Shown here in pieces: positions 52,201 to 64,000 of a DNA stretch of 64,000 nt. Source of the DNA: Octopus vulgaris (taxonomy: Eukaryota); contig OX597839.1 in the NCBI GenBank assembly GCA_951406725.2, positions 9,176,001 through 9,240,000 on the forward strand, given 5' to 3'. Under the pieces are notes generated by a model. It had not been told where the DNA came from. It was given only the letters and a program-made list of their open reading frames with translations, and did not search any database. The first letter of the stretch is position 1. The number at the start of each line of letters is the position of its first letter. The position numbers and the translations under genes are program-made.

Positions 52201-52262
<62 letters not shown>

Positions 52263-52493
52263 ATGACGGGCTTCATTACTGTATTTCTGTTGAGATGCTC
52301 TGTGTTTCTTTCAATTAATTTTAAATATAACAAAGAATTTTGTAAAATAACTTAGTTATCATTAAGCTAGTGTTAGGAACATATATTGTCACTAAGGTTT
52401 GGTGGAAGATTCTAATTCAAAATTTATGAAAATAAGACATTTGTACCATAGAGCCAGAAGCGGTTACAGCCGGGTTGGCATTGAAAGGGTTAA
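51793..52493. mobile_element. MITE subfamily 1 interrupted by a partial inverted SINE A, with a ~160-bp internal duplication
   Basis: TTAACCCTTTC...GAAAGGGTTAA; 51805-51967 is repeated at 52276-52438. Confidence 0.85.
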
Positions 52494-54409
52494 TCGGCAT
52501 ATCTATATGTTGAGAGAGCGAGAGAGGCGTGTGTGTGTGTGTGTGTGTGTGCATGAGCGCGTGTCCATAAATATATACCATTACACATCTATGTTGCATG
52601 TGTAAGATATCTCTCCCAGGGACACCATAAAGAGATTATTCCCATACTGCTGTATGACTTTCCCCCCCCATCACAAACAATACAGCCACTCTTTTCTCAG
52701 ATGTTTGCTCAGCTGCCTTTTTGTGTGTTTAAGCAAATAAGAGTGCAAGATTTGCCCCTAGACAGGATGCCAGTCCATCACAAGGTTAACACTCCCGGCT
52801 GTCACCGGTACCCATTTGCAGCTGAACAGCCTAAAACAATGTGAAATGAAGTGCCTTGCTCAAGGAGACAGTATGCTTCTTTGTTTGAGATTGAACCCAT
52901 GATCTAATGATTGTGAGTCTAAGGCCACTGCACCAACTAGCTTCACACACATCTTTCAAGAGGCAATCTCTTACTCGCTAACATCATACAATCACAAAAA
53001 ACAGGCACAGAAATAGCAACAACAACAAATTAACAAATGCTGCTGACAAAAATACCCTTGGAAATTAAATCACTCTCAAAACTATATGTTTTGATTATCC
53101 GCATCAGTAAATATTGATAATAGAGATATAATTTCATTTATTTCATTTCTTTATATAAACTATGGTTTAAATTTAAAACGGAGAAAAAAAAAAGAAAAAA
53201 AACAGACAGAAAAGCAACAAAGATACACACACACACACACATACACACACAAGCTGGATAAAGAAAACATTACTGTTTTTTTATATTATTCTATAATAAT
53301 TTGTTTTCATCACTTCACTGTTTAGTCTATGATGTGAAATAAACAAACACAAGAGCCATGGAGCCAAACAAGATTCTGGATTCAATTCCACTGCATGGTA
53401 CCCTAAGTGAATGTGTTCATTTGTAACCTTATGTTGACCAAAGCTTTCTGAGTAAAATTTGGTTGACAGAAATTATGTGGAAGCCAGTTGTGCATACACA
53501 CAGTATGTGCACATACATATATATGTGCGTGTATGTATACATGTACATATATATTCTTTTATTTGTTTCAGTCATTTGACTGCAGCCATGCTGGAGCACC
53601 GCCTTTAAAAATTGATTTAATGATCTGTACGTCAAAGTCGACTTTGGCGAAATTTGAACTCAGAAATGTAAAGACAGACAGAATACCTATTTCTTTACTA
53701 CCCACAAGAGGCTAAACACAGAGAGGACAAATAAGGACAGACAAACGGATTAAGTCGATTATATCAACCCCAGTGTGTAACTGGTACTTATTTAATCAAC
53801 CCTGAAAGGATGAAAGGCAAAGTTGACCTCAGCAGAATTTGAACTCAGAACGTAGCAGCAGACAAAATACCGCTAAGCATTTCGCCCGGCGTACTAACGT
53901 TTCTTCCAGCTTGCCGCCTTAATACCATTAACCATTTCGCTTGACGCGCTAACGTTTCAATCATTTGACTGCAGCTATGCTGGAGCACCACCTATATATA
54001 TATGGAGACCCCCTTTGATCATGAATGACCGTGGGAGTGCACCTAGAAAGTTACCCTCCGTGGCACAAGTCAGGGTAAGACTGTTTGTGGAAGGCTAGCA
54101 GTCGGCCAGCCTCCCCTCTCCACACCACTGATGTTATCCAAGGGAAAGGTAAAGGCCGATACAGCTTGGCACCAGTGATGTCGCAACTCATTTCTACAGC
54201 TGAGCTAATTGGAGCATCATGGAATAAAGTGCCTTGCTCAAGAACACAACACCAAGCCCGGTCTGGAAATCGAACTCACAACATCACGATTGTAAGCTCT
54301 ATGCTCTAACCACTGAGCCATGCACCTACACACACACACACACATATATATACGTATATAACGCCAACCACTCTCGGAGTGGTTGGCGTTAGGAAGGGCA
54401 TCCAGCTGT

Positions 54410-54448
<39 letters not shown>

Positions 54449-54707
54449 GCCAACCCCTCTCGGAGTGGTTGGTGTTATGAAGGGCATCCAGCTGTAGAAA
54501 CACTGCCAAATCAAGATTGGAGCCTGGTGCAGTCATCTGGTTTGCCAGCCCTCATTCAAAATCGTCCAACCTATGCTAGCATGGGAAGCGGACGTTAAAC
54601 GATAATGATGATGATGATGATATATATATATATACGTACATACACACATATATTCTTAAACACACACACACACACACACTTTTATATGTATTTCAATGAG
54701 TTGCAGT

Positions 54708-55770
54708 TACACTGTATTTTGTTATGCAACCATAATACTATACTACAAAGAATATTAAACGGTTTCATAAGTCAATACTGTATCCTACTGCGTTAGAAGT
54801 GATATTAAATCACTCGTTAAGGTTATCTCTACAGATTTTCTATAGAAATTATGGCCAGCCTTGATTTTTTACTATGTTCCATATCTGAATACACCCAATG
54901 TAAACAACAATAAGATTCAAAGATGGAAAAATGGGTAATGGGTGTATATGACACGTTTCAGGAGCTCGTACTCCCTCATCAGCACCACATCCAACCCATT
55001 AACCATCTACGAAATTATTGCTTAAATAACCACCAAATATAGCAGGGTAATATTATTGGATGTACCAATTTTGCATATCAAACACATTCCTGGCAGCCGG
55101 TATGTACATATTAATGACCTGCAGGGACACCGTATTTTGTTATGCGACCATATACTACAAAGTACATTAAACAATTCATAAATCAATACCGTTTTAGCAG
55201 TACAATAAAACCACTTGTTAAGGTTATCTGTACAGATTTGCCATAGAAATTATAGCCAGCCCTGATTTTTTACAATGTTTCATATCTGAATACACCTAAT
55301 GTAAAGAACAATAAAATTCAAAGATGGAAAAATAGGTATATGCTATATTCCAGGAGCTCATGCTCACTCATCAGCACCACATTCAAATGGCCCAGTGGTT
55401 AGGGCAGCGGACTCGCAGTCGAAGGATCGCGGTTTCGATTCCCAGACCGGGCGTTGTTTGTGTTTATTGAGTGAAAACACCTAAAGCTCCATGAAGCTCT
55501 GGCAGGGAGTGGTGGCGAACCCCTGTTGTACTCTTTTGCCCCAACTTTCTCTCACTCTTTCTTCTTGGTTCTTGTCCCCAACTTCCTACGCAACCGCTGA
55601 GCCTGGATGCGCATTCATCCATCTGTCGATTCTCTCGGTGTCGGGGGTTGACCTGCTTTCTCTTCTGCGGGTCTTACGAATAGCAAAGGACCATGTTTCG
55701 GACCGCTCAACAGCACCACATTCAACCCATGGACTAATTGCGAGTATTCCTGTGTGTTTGGATACATGTG
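54708..55770 (-). mobile_element. Tandem ~420-bp units each carrying a hammerhead motif (Penelope pLTR-like)
   Basis: 54708-55127 is repeated from 55128; minus-strand CTGATGA-GGGAG tacgag CTCCT-GAAA-CGTG-TC at about 54950-54982; decayed equivalent at about 55340-55374. Confidence 0.7.
55387..55710 (+). mobile_element. SINE family C with tail type 4, 15-bp TSD
   Basis: TSD CAGCACCACATTCAA at 55372-55386 and 55711-55725. Confidence 0.9.
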
Positions 55771-55774
55771 CAAC

Positions 55775-56006
55775 TTTTTACTTGTTTCAGTCATTAGACT
55801 ACAGCCATGCTGGAGCACAGCCTTGAAGAATTTTTAGTTGAATGAATTAACCCAAGGACCTTTTTTTTTAGAGCCTGGTACTTATTCTATGAATCTCTTT
55901 TGCCAAACTGCTAAGTTACAGGGATGTAAACACACCAACACCAGTTGTCAAGCAGTGGTTGGGGATGAACACAGACACAAAGACATGCACACGCATGCAC
56001 AGGCAT

Positions 56007-56053
<47 letters not shown>

Positions 56054-56206
56054 GGGCTTCATTCAGTTTACATCGACCAAAGCCATTCACAAGGCTTTGC
56101 TTGGCCCAAGGCAATACTAGAAGACATTTTCCCAAGGTGGGCCATGGTGCCACGCAGTGGGACTGAACCCAGAACCATGTGCTTGAGAAGCAAGCTTTTT
56201 ACCACA
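55775..56206 (-). mobile_element. SINE family A (diverged)
   Basis: Similarity to the family A reverse complement. Confidence 0.8.
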
Positions 56207-56460
56207 AAGAAGTGGACACTTATGAATGTGTGTATCACACAGGCATCCTTAGTTGCACAGTCAAGATGTCAGCAAATTGGAAAAAAAAAACAAGTATTTA
56301 AACAGTTGACAGCAGAGAGTTTTAGTTCTTATTTATTCATTTTAAGATTCATCAGAGTATAAAAAACAAATTTCATGCTTTGATAAATATGGATATGGAT
56401 ATGTTGTTCTCTATATAAAACATCTTGTAAGTTTTAAGTAATCAACAAAATAAAACACTC

Positions 56461-56504
<44 letters not shown>

Positions 56505-56823
56505 CCACTTGCTGTATGTGTGTATACACAAACACACTCACACACATGCACGCGCGCACACATCTTTCTATAATTATTTTTTTTTCATTTTCCTTATTTC
56601 AGTCAGTAGGCTGCGTCCATGCTGGGGCAGCTCCTTCAAGAATTTTAGTCAATACTATCAACCCCAGCAATTTTTTTTTTTTTTTTCTAAAGCTTGGTGC
56701 TTATTCCATCGGTCTCTTTTTGCCAAACCACTAAGTTATGGAGATGTAAACACATCAATACCGGTTATCAAGTGTTGGTGGGGGGACAAGCACAGACACA
56801 AAGACTCACACTCGAATAATATA

Positions 56824-56855
<32 letters not shown>

Positions 56856-56909
56856 ATAGATCGTTAGCTCCTACACGCTTTTTTTTCTCTCATTGTTTTT
56901 TTCTGTGTA

Positions 56910-56947
56910 TCTTTCTGTCGAAGAGCGTAGGCTTGAAACGTAAAAGA
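56910..56947 (+). ncRNA. Minimal hammerhead motif, A6>U core variant, in a ~185-bp (TA)n-flanked unit (56855-57038)
   Basis: TCTTT-CTGTCGA-A-GAGC gtag GCTT-GAAA-CG-TA-AAAGA. Confidence 0.65.
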
Positions 56948-57033
56948 CTTTTTCTATTCCTGAGCGCTATACTAATACATTTGTTTGTTTGTACTCCACC
57001 TGCCTTCGTCTTTAGTTTATTTTCGTAAACTTT

Positions 57034-57075
<42 letters not shown>

Positions 57076-57609
57076 ATATATGATGGGCTGCTTTCAGTTT
57101 ACATACATATACATATATATATATATATATAAATACAATGGATTTCTTTCAGTTTCCATCAACCAAATCCACTCATAAGGCTTTGTTTGGCCCAATGAAA
57201 TAGTAGAAGACACTTGCACAAGGTGCCACACAATGGGACTGAACCTGAAACTATACAGTCGCTTCTCAACTGCATGGTTCCACTTAACAGCTGTTGTTGA
57301 TGTGTTTACATCCCCATAACTTAGCAGTCCAACCAAACACAACGATGGAATAAGTACTAGGCTTTACAAAGAAATAACAAGTTACGGGATCAATTCATTC
57401 AGCTAAAATTCATTAAAGGCTGTATCCCAGCATGGCATTGCTGCAGTGTAATGACTGTAGTGAGGAAAAGAAGAAAAAAACGCGTGTGTGTGTGAATGTA
57501 TGTATATGTATGCATGTACATAAACATATACATATATATAGACCGTGTGTGTACTGTTGGCAATTTTTTTTCCTCTGTCTTCCCTTCTCTGGATCTTTCC
57601 TTTTCCTAT

Positions 57610-57644
57610 GTTTCCGACGAAGAGCTCCGCTCGAAACGTTAAAC
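57610..57644 (+). ncRNA. Minimal hammerhead motif, U4>C core variant, in a ~205-bp (TA)n-flanked unit (57540-57745)
   Basis: GTTT-CCGACGA-A-GAGC tcc GCTC-GAAA-CG-TT-AAAC. Confidence 0.7.
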
Positions 57645-58044
57645 CCTCCTTCTTCCCTTCCTTCCTGAGCGTCCAATAATACTATATTTGTTCCACGTCC
57701 TCGCGTTGTGTTTTCTCTTTGTGTTTGCATGTTTGGATTAACTATATATATACATGCACACACACACACAGACACACTTGTAAACATATATTCATACACA
57801 CATATATGCACATAACCTAGATACAAATTATACCCACATGCCTGTGCATGCATATACTTTCATTCTCATACAAGCGATGACAGAACACATACTTGAACAA
57901 CACATACATACACACAAGGCAAGGCCGGTAGCGATAGTTGCCAGGGCACCATATCACATAAGACTCTAATGGCATAGAGATAAGTGGGTGATTAGAGAGG
58001 TGGGGAAAACATAGAGAATGGCTCTCTATCCCTCATAAAATTAT

Positions 58045-58404
58045 CTCTTTACTCTTTTACTTGTTTCAGTCATTTGACTGCGGCCATGCTGGAGCACCGC
58101 CTTTTAATCGAGCAACTCGACCCCAGGACTTATTCTTTTGTAAGCCCAGTACTTATTCTATCGGTCTCTTTTGCCGAACTGCTAGATAACGGGGACATAA
58201 ACACACCAGCATTGGTTGTCAAACACACACATGCATATATATACATATATACATATATACGACGGGCTTCTTTCAGTTTCCGTCTACCAAATCCACTCAC
58301 AAGACTTTGGTCAGCCCGAGGCTATAGTAGAAGACACTTGCCCAAGGTGCCACACAGTGGGACTGAACCCGGAACCATGTGGTTGGTAAACAAGCTACTT
58401 ACCA
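58045..58404 (-). mobile_element. SINE family A
   Basis: Reverse complement of family A. Confidence 0.9.
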
Positions 58405-58707
58405 CACAGCCACTCCTGCGCCTATCACTGAAAAATTATTGACAAATTTCATATTCTTACATTTCAAACACTTAATGCTGCAAGATTGAAACTTTATGAA
58501 GATTTAATATTAATGAGCAATATGCACTGAATAATGATTTAATATTGGTTTCAGAGTTTGGCACAAGGCCAGCAGTTTCAGAGAAAAGGGTCAGTCAATT
58601 ACATCGACCCCAGTGCTCAACTGGTGGCCCTGGATATGAAAAGTAAAGTCAAACTTGGCAGAATTTGAACTCAGAACATAAGGATGGATGAAATGCTACT
58701 AAGCATT

Positions 58708-59111
58708 GAGGCACAGGAGTGGCTGTGTGGTAAGTAGCTTGTTTACCAATCACATGGTTCCAGGTTCAGTCCCACTGCGTAGCACCTTGGGCAAGTGTCT
58801 TCTACTATAGCCTCGGGCTGACCAAAGCCTTGTGAGTGGATTTGGTAGACGGAAACTGAAAGAAGCCCGTCGTATATGTGTATATATGTGTGTGTGTGTG
58901 TGTTTGTGTGTCTGTGTTTGTCCCCCCAACATTGCTTGACAACCGATGCTGGTGTGTTTATGTCCCCGTCACTAGCGGTTCGGCAAAAAGAGACCGATAG
59001 AATAAGTACTGGGCTTACAAAGAATAAGTCCCGGGGTCGAGTTGCTCGATTAAAAGGTGGTGCTCCAGCATGGCCGCAGTCAAATGACTGAAACAAGTAA
59101 AAGAGTATATA

Positions 59112-59149
<38 letters not shown>

Positions 59150-59365
59150 TGTGTTTGTCCCCCCAGCATCGCTTGACAACCGATGCTGGTGTGTTTATGT
59201 CCCCGTCACTTAGCGGTTCGGCAAAAAGAGACCGATAGAATAAGTACTGGGCTTACAAAAGAATAAGTCCCGGGTTCGAGTTGCTCGATTAAAAGGCAGT
59301 GCTCCAGCATGGCCGCAGCCAAATGACTGAAACAAGCAAAAGAGTAAAGAGAGTAAAAGAGAGTA
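58708..59365 (+). mobile_element. SINE family A with tandemly duplicated 3' half
   Basis: Full copy 58708-59105; the microsatellite-to-tail half is repeated at 59106-59365. Confidence 0.9.
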
Positions 59366-60199
59366 ACTATTCTTCCAGCTCACCACCTTAAATAATAATT
59401 TACTATTAACATGAAATATGTACTGGATTATTAATAGATTTTAAGATATAGCAATATATATAAATATGGTACTAGTCTATGACAGAGTAAATATAAAGAG
59501 GGAAATGCAAAATTATTGAGCAATTAGATTGCATATTTAAGGAAATAGATCAATACAGTCAGCTTCATCAATCTTAGCTGCATGCCATGAACTGACCAAA
59601 TATCATGTATTAATAATGGTAGCTGTCTTCGTGTTTAAATATTAGTTCAATGACGTTAGCTCTCTTTATGTTGAGATATCAGTTTAATAAGGGTATGTGA
59701 CCTCCTTTTATTCCAAGAAAGTGGCAGTGGTAGTAGAAAAGACTACCGCTTTACATGTGGTGTCACAGTCACTATCAAACGAATGGCTGTAATCAAAATA
59801 TACAGAAAACTGAAACCAATGTCAGAATAATAAAATATAAAAACAAACCGTTTCCAAGAAACAGATTAACATTTGCATGCAGAATAGCATTTTATTTTTA
59901 GTCTCTCCTGATTTTGTTTCAAATTTTGTTTAACTTGTCATTTAGGAATATATCTCGACTAAAATACTAAGTGCTTAACAGTGCAAAATTAACACTCAGA
60001 CTATTTCTGACATTATGCAATTTTTTTTTTTGTTTTTTTTTTAATTCCTTTCTGATTGTTTGGTTGGATGACTGCCAGTATATTAATTATTTATATGAAA
60101 TAGACCATAATGCACACACACACACACACACACACACCACAAGAATGGTCACTGTGAACCTCTGGAGCTTTAATTTATTTTTCAACATTACCAATATTT

Positions 60200-60520
60200 T
60201 AGAGAGAGAAAGAGAGATGGAGGGGGAGGGGGAAGAGGAGGGGAGAATGTGGGAGGGGAGAGGGAGGGTGGGAGGGAGAGGGTGGTATGGGCGAGGGTGG
60301 GGGGTGAGATGAGTGAGGAGGTGAGAGGGGTAGAGAGGTGAGAGGTGGGGAGGTGAGAGGGGTAGGGAGGTGAGAGGGGTAGGGAGGTGAGAGGGTAGAG
60401 AGGCGAGGGGGTGAGAGGGGGGTGAAAGGGATAGGGAGGTGAGAGAGGTGAGGTAAGAGGGGTGGGGATTGAGAGGGTGGAGAGGTGAGAGGAGTGGGGA
60501 GGGAGAGATGGGGGAGATAA
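60200..60520 (+). repeat. G-rich purine tract (GGGAGGTGAGAGG-like units)
   Basis: Many G3-G6 runs. Confidence 0.85.
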
Positions 60521-60952
60521 AAGAAAGTGTCTATGAATAAAATCGACATAAGAGAATGTGAATATAAATAATTGATTTAAGAGAGTATATGCCTTTATGT
60601 AAGAGTGAGTGCTTACGTATGTGGCAATTAAGATAAGGGAGAGTCTGTTTGAGTATGTTGTTGTTGTTGTTGTTTAGCCTCCAGTCAGCCCTCATTCAAT
60701 AGATTTATCATTAAAATGAATGCAGATCCAGATATTACATGTATTACAAGTAATATCCAGTCTATCTTTTTCTTTTTTAAAACAGGTGTAATTTACAGTA
60801 GATTTAGCTGCTATTTCTAGCAGGTCTAACAAATGAATACAGCTATTCCTCTTGACTCGCCCATATTGAGTGCTGTAAGAGATGGAGTGACTGTATTTGA
60901 TGACAGAGTAAAGAATATAAAAGATAGCATGTAATTGGTATTAAAAGAGGTT

Positions 60953-61182
60953 GTGTGCATGCATGTGTACATGTGTGTGCATGCATGTGTACATGTGTGT
61001 GCATGCATGTGTACATGAGTGTACATGCATGTGTACATGTGTGTGTATGCATATGTACATGTGTGTGAATTCATGTGTACATGTGTGTGTGCATGTGTAC
61101 ATGTGTGTGCATGCATGTGTACATATGTGTGCATGCATGTGTGCATGTGTGTGCATGCATGTGTACATGTGTGTGTGTGTGC
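60953..61182. repeat. TG/CA-derived minisatellite (GCATGCATGTGTACATGTGTGT)
   Basis: Direct reading. Confidence 0.9.
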
Positions 61183-62713
61183 AAGCACACAAATGCACAT
61201 ATATGCATCTAGAAGACCTGTCCTCCACAGCAGGAATGTTAAGGTGGCATCCTCAGGTGAAGAGGGTTGGCCTGAAAGAGTCCTGTGCCAGTGTCACAAA
61301 AGTACACTTGTGCCAGCTGTACGTTAAAAGCACCCAGCACAGTCTATAAAGGGGTTGGCATTAGGAAGGGCAACCATCCATAGAAACCAAGCCAAATCAG
61401 ACTGGAACCCAGTGCAGCTTGCCAGCTCTGGTCAAACCTATTTCTTTACTACCCACAAGGGTCTAAACACAGAGGGGACAAACAAGGACAGACAGATGGA
61501 TTAAGTTGATTATATCAACCCCAGTGCGTAACTGGTACTTATTTAATTGACCCTGAAAGGATGAAAGGCAAAGTCAACCTCAGTGGAATTTGAACTCAGA
61601 ACATAACAGCAGACGAAATACCTATTTCTTTACTACCCATAAGGGGCTAAACATAGAGGAGACAAACAAGGACAGACAAACGGATTAAGTCGATTATATC
61701 GACCCCAGTGCATAACTGGTACTTAATTTATCGACCCCGAAAGGATGAAAGGCAAAGTCGACCTTGGCAGAATTTGAACTCAGAACGTAACGGCAGGCGA
61801 AATATCGCTAAGCATTTCGCCCGGCATGCTAACGTTTCTGCCAGTTCGCCGCAAACCATCCAACCCATGCCAGCATGGAAAACAGATGTTAAAGGCTGAT
61901 ATAAAGAACTGATATTTGAAACACTACACTTCAAAAGATAGTGTGTACCTAAACTGTAAATTCTATTTCTCATTCACTGGCTCCGGCCTGTCAGCAGTGG
62001 CCATAATTAGGCAAGCAAGATTTTTATCATCAGATTTTTCAGAACCACCAACCATCTAAGCCTGAACTTGATTTGACATTGCTCAATCTGTGTGATTAGA
62101 GGAGAGCATACATTTACAGCATGACAGGGTCATTAGCTATCTTTTTCAATCAAGTCTTCCCCATATTTTCTCTAATCTTTTATCATTTACTTGTTTCAGT
62201 CATTTGACTGTGGCCATGCAACGGCACTGCCTTGAAGAACTTTTAGTCAACTGAATTAACCTGAAAGATTCTTTCCTCCCTGAATTGATGAAATAAGTAT
62301 GAGTAAACTAAATGAGCTTGCTAAGGACAAAATAAGCATAGAATCACTTTGTACCTCAAATGAAAAAAAGTGCATACAAGATCAGAAAGCAATATTTATG
62401 TCTTGGTAACATGTAATCTAAGGCAAGCCTGCAAAGTGATGGATAAGAAAAAGGAGTGAATAAAATTAAACAGGATATTTTCTTTGGAGGATTGAAGGCT
62501 TAACATAGAAAGTGTGTATGTGATATGTCTTGCTGTTGGCCCACAGTCCTTTCTCAACTGCTATCATATTTTGCCCATTTGGCATTTCAATTCCCTTGCA
62601 ACCTTCAAATCTTCAGAATGAAATGTACTTTAATAAATCACTGAATTTATAATCCTTCTATGTGTACATGCACTTTTCGGAAGATAACCTATATGTGTGT
62701 ATGTACACGTACA

Positions 62714-62785
<72 letters not shown>

Positions 62786-63811
62786 TATATGTATAGATAG
62801 AAACAAGTTCAGGCACACATATAGATGTACACTAACACATCCGATCTAGCTTGCTAAAGAAAACCTTACAAACACATACACATACACACACACACAATTG
62901 CTACCATTGTCCTCACATTCATCGCTCCCATCTTACCCAGGTAAACCATTTGTCCTACTTTCTCCTTTGTTATATAGTATAAAAGCACACAAACAAATCA
63001 CTTCCTCTCGCTGCTTCAACATATATACAGTATTATAAAGTTTCGTACTGCTTTAATATTGCTTCATATTCTTGTTATCTGTCCAATTCTCCCTACATTA
63101 CTTTTAAACAACCATCACTGGAATCAGCATAATGGTAACACCCTCTCAGACCTTTGCTTCAATGAATTGACAAATATAAGATATAAGTTCTTTCTCCCTC
63201 TGGGTAAGATTCCACTCACACACAGCCACACATTAAGATCGGCATACCCACCACCTCTTTTTAAAATATTTTGAAATACCTATTTCTTTATTACCCACAA
63301 GGGGTTAAACATAGAGGGGACAAACAAGGACAGACATAGGTATTAAGTCGATTACATCGACCCCAGTGCGTAACTAGTACTTAATTTATCAACCCCGAAA
63401 GGATGAAAGGCAAAGTCGACCTCGGCGGAATTTGAACTCACAACGTAACGGCAGCCGAAATACTGCTAAGCATTTCGCCTGACGTGCTAACATTTCTGCC
63501 ATCAACCACCCAACACCCATTAACCTTTTTCATACCAACCCACCATAAAACTGCCTCTGGTTTTATGACAAAAAAACTTCTAATTTTAAAATGCCCACAT
63601 TCTAAAATTTGTTATTAGAAATGTAGTATTTCAAGACAGGCTCTTCCTGTTCTCAGTCTCTTTTCCCCCACAGAATATTGCATGTTTCATATCTGTTCTT
63701 ATTCTCTGTATTCAACACTTATTGGAAAATTCTTGCAGAATCTACAAAAAGGGACACAGAAAAAACAAGGAGAGAAAAAAATGTGTGTAGTGACTAACGA
63801 TCTATCATGGC

Positions 63812-63894
<83 letters not shown>

Positions 63895-64000
63895 TATAGA
63901 GACATATATATATACACATGCACAAAGTAAGCACATAAATGTAAAACAAGGTGGAAAAAATAGTACATATATGTATGCATACGTGCACGTGCACACACAC

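Noticed and set aside
55686-55720. Minus-strand CTGTTGA-GCGGTCC-GAAACATGGTC
   Set aside because: Spans the SINE/TSD junction with no helix II or helix I; probably coincidental.
1-64000. Conserved bilaterian miRNAs, rRNA or snRNA genes
   Set aside because: None recognised by eye; a formal Rfam/MirGeneDB scan was not possible, so absence is not proven.

Overview
Eukaryotic, AT-rich, repeat-saturated DNA, most likely intronic or intergenic. The repeat families resemble those of an octopus (coleoid cephalopod) genome; this is an inference. No intact protein-coding gene is recognisable, and most ORF-track entries are read-throughs of microsatellites or repeats. The window holds dozens of tRNA-headed SINEs (at least four families, labelled A, B, C and E here), RTE-type LINE 3' ends, and decayed restriction-like-endonuclease LINE fragments (Dong/R4, HERO, CRE-like). 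It also holds a gypsy integrase fragment, Tc1/mariner remnants, TTAA-flanked piggyBac-like MITEs (some nested), two non-autonomous Helitrons, minisatellites and many microsatellites. The most notable signal is a set of at least seven type I hammerhead-ribozyme motifs (CUGANGA...GAAA...NUH with paired helices) of the kind carried by Penelope-like elements. They include core variants, one with a long helix II, one at the tip of a ~145-nt hairpin and one in a ~420-bp tandem unit. Other findings are SINE tail swapping, recurrent insertion sites, locally templated duplications and two weak candidate exons. All coordinates and pairings were read by eye; no search or folding program was run.
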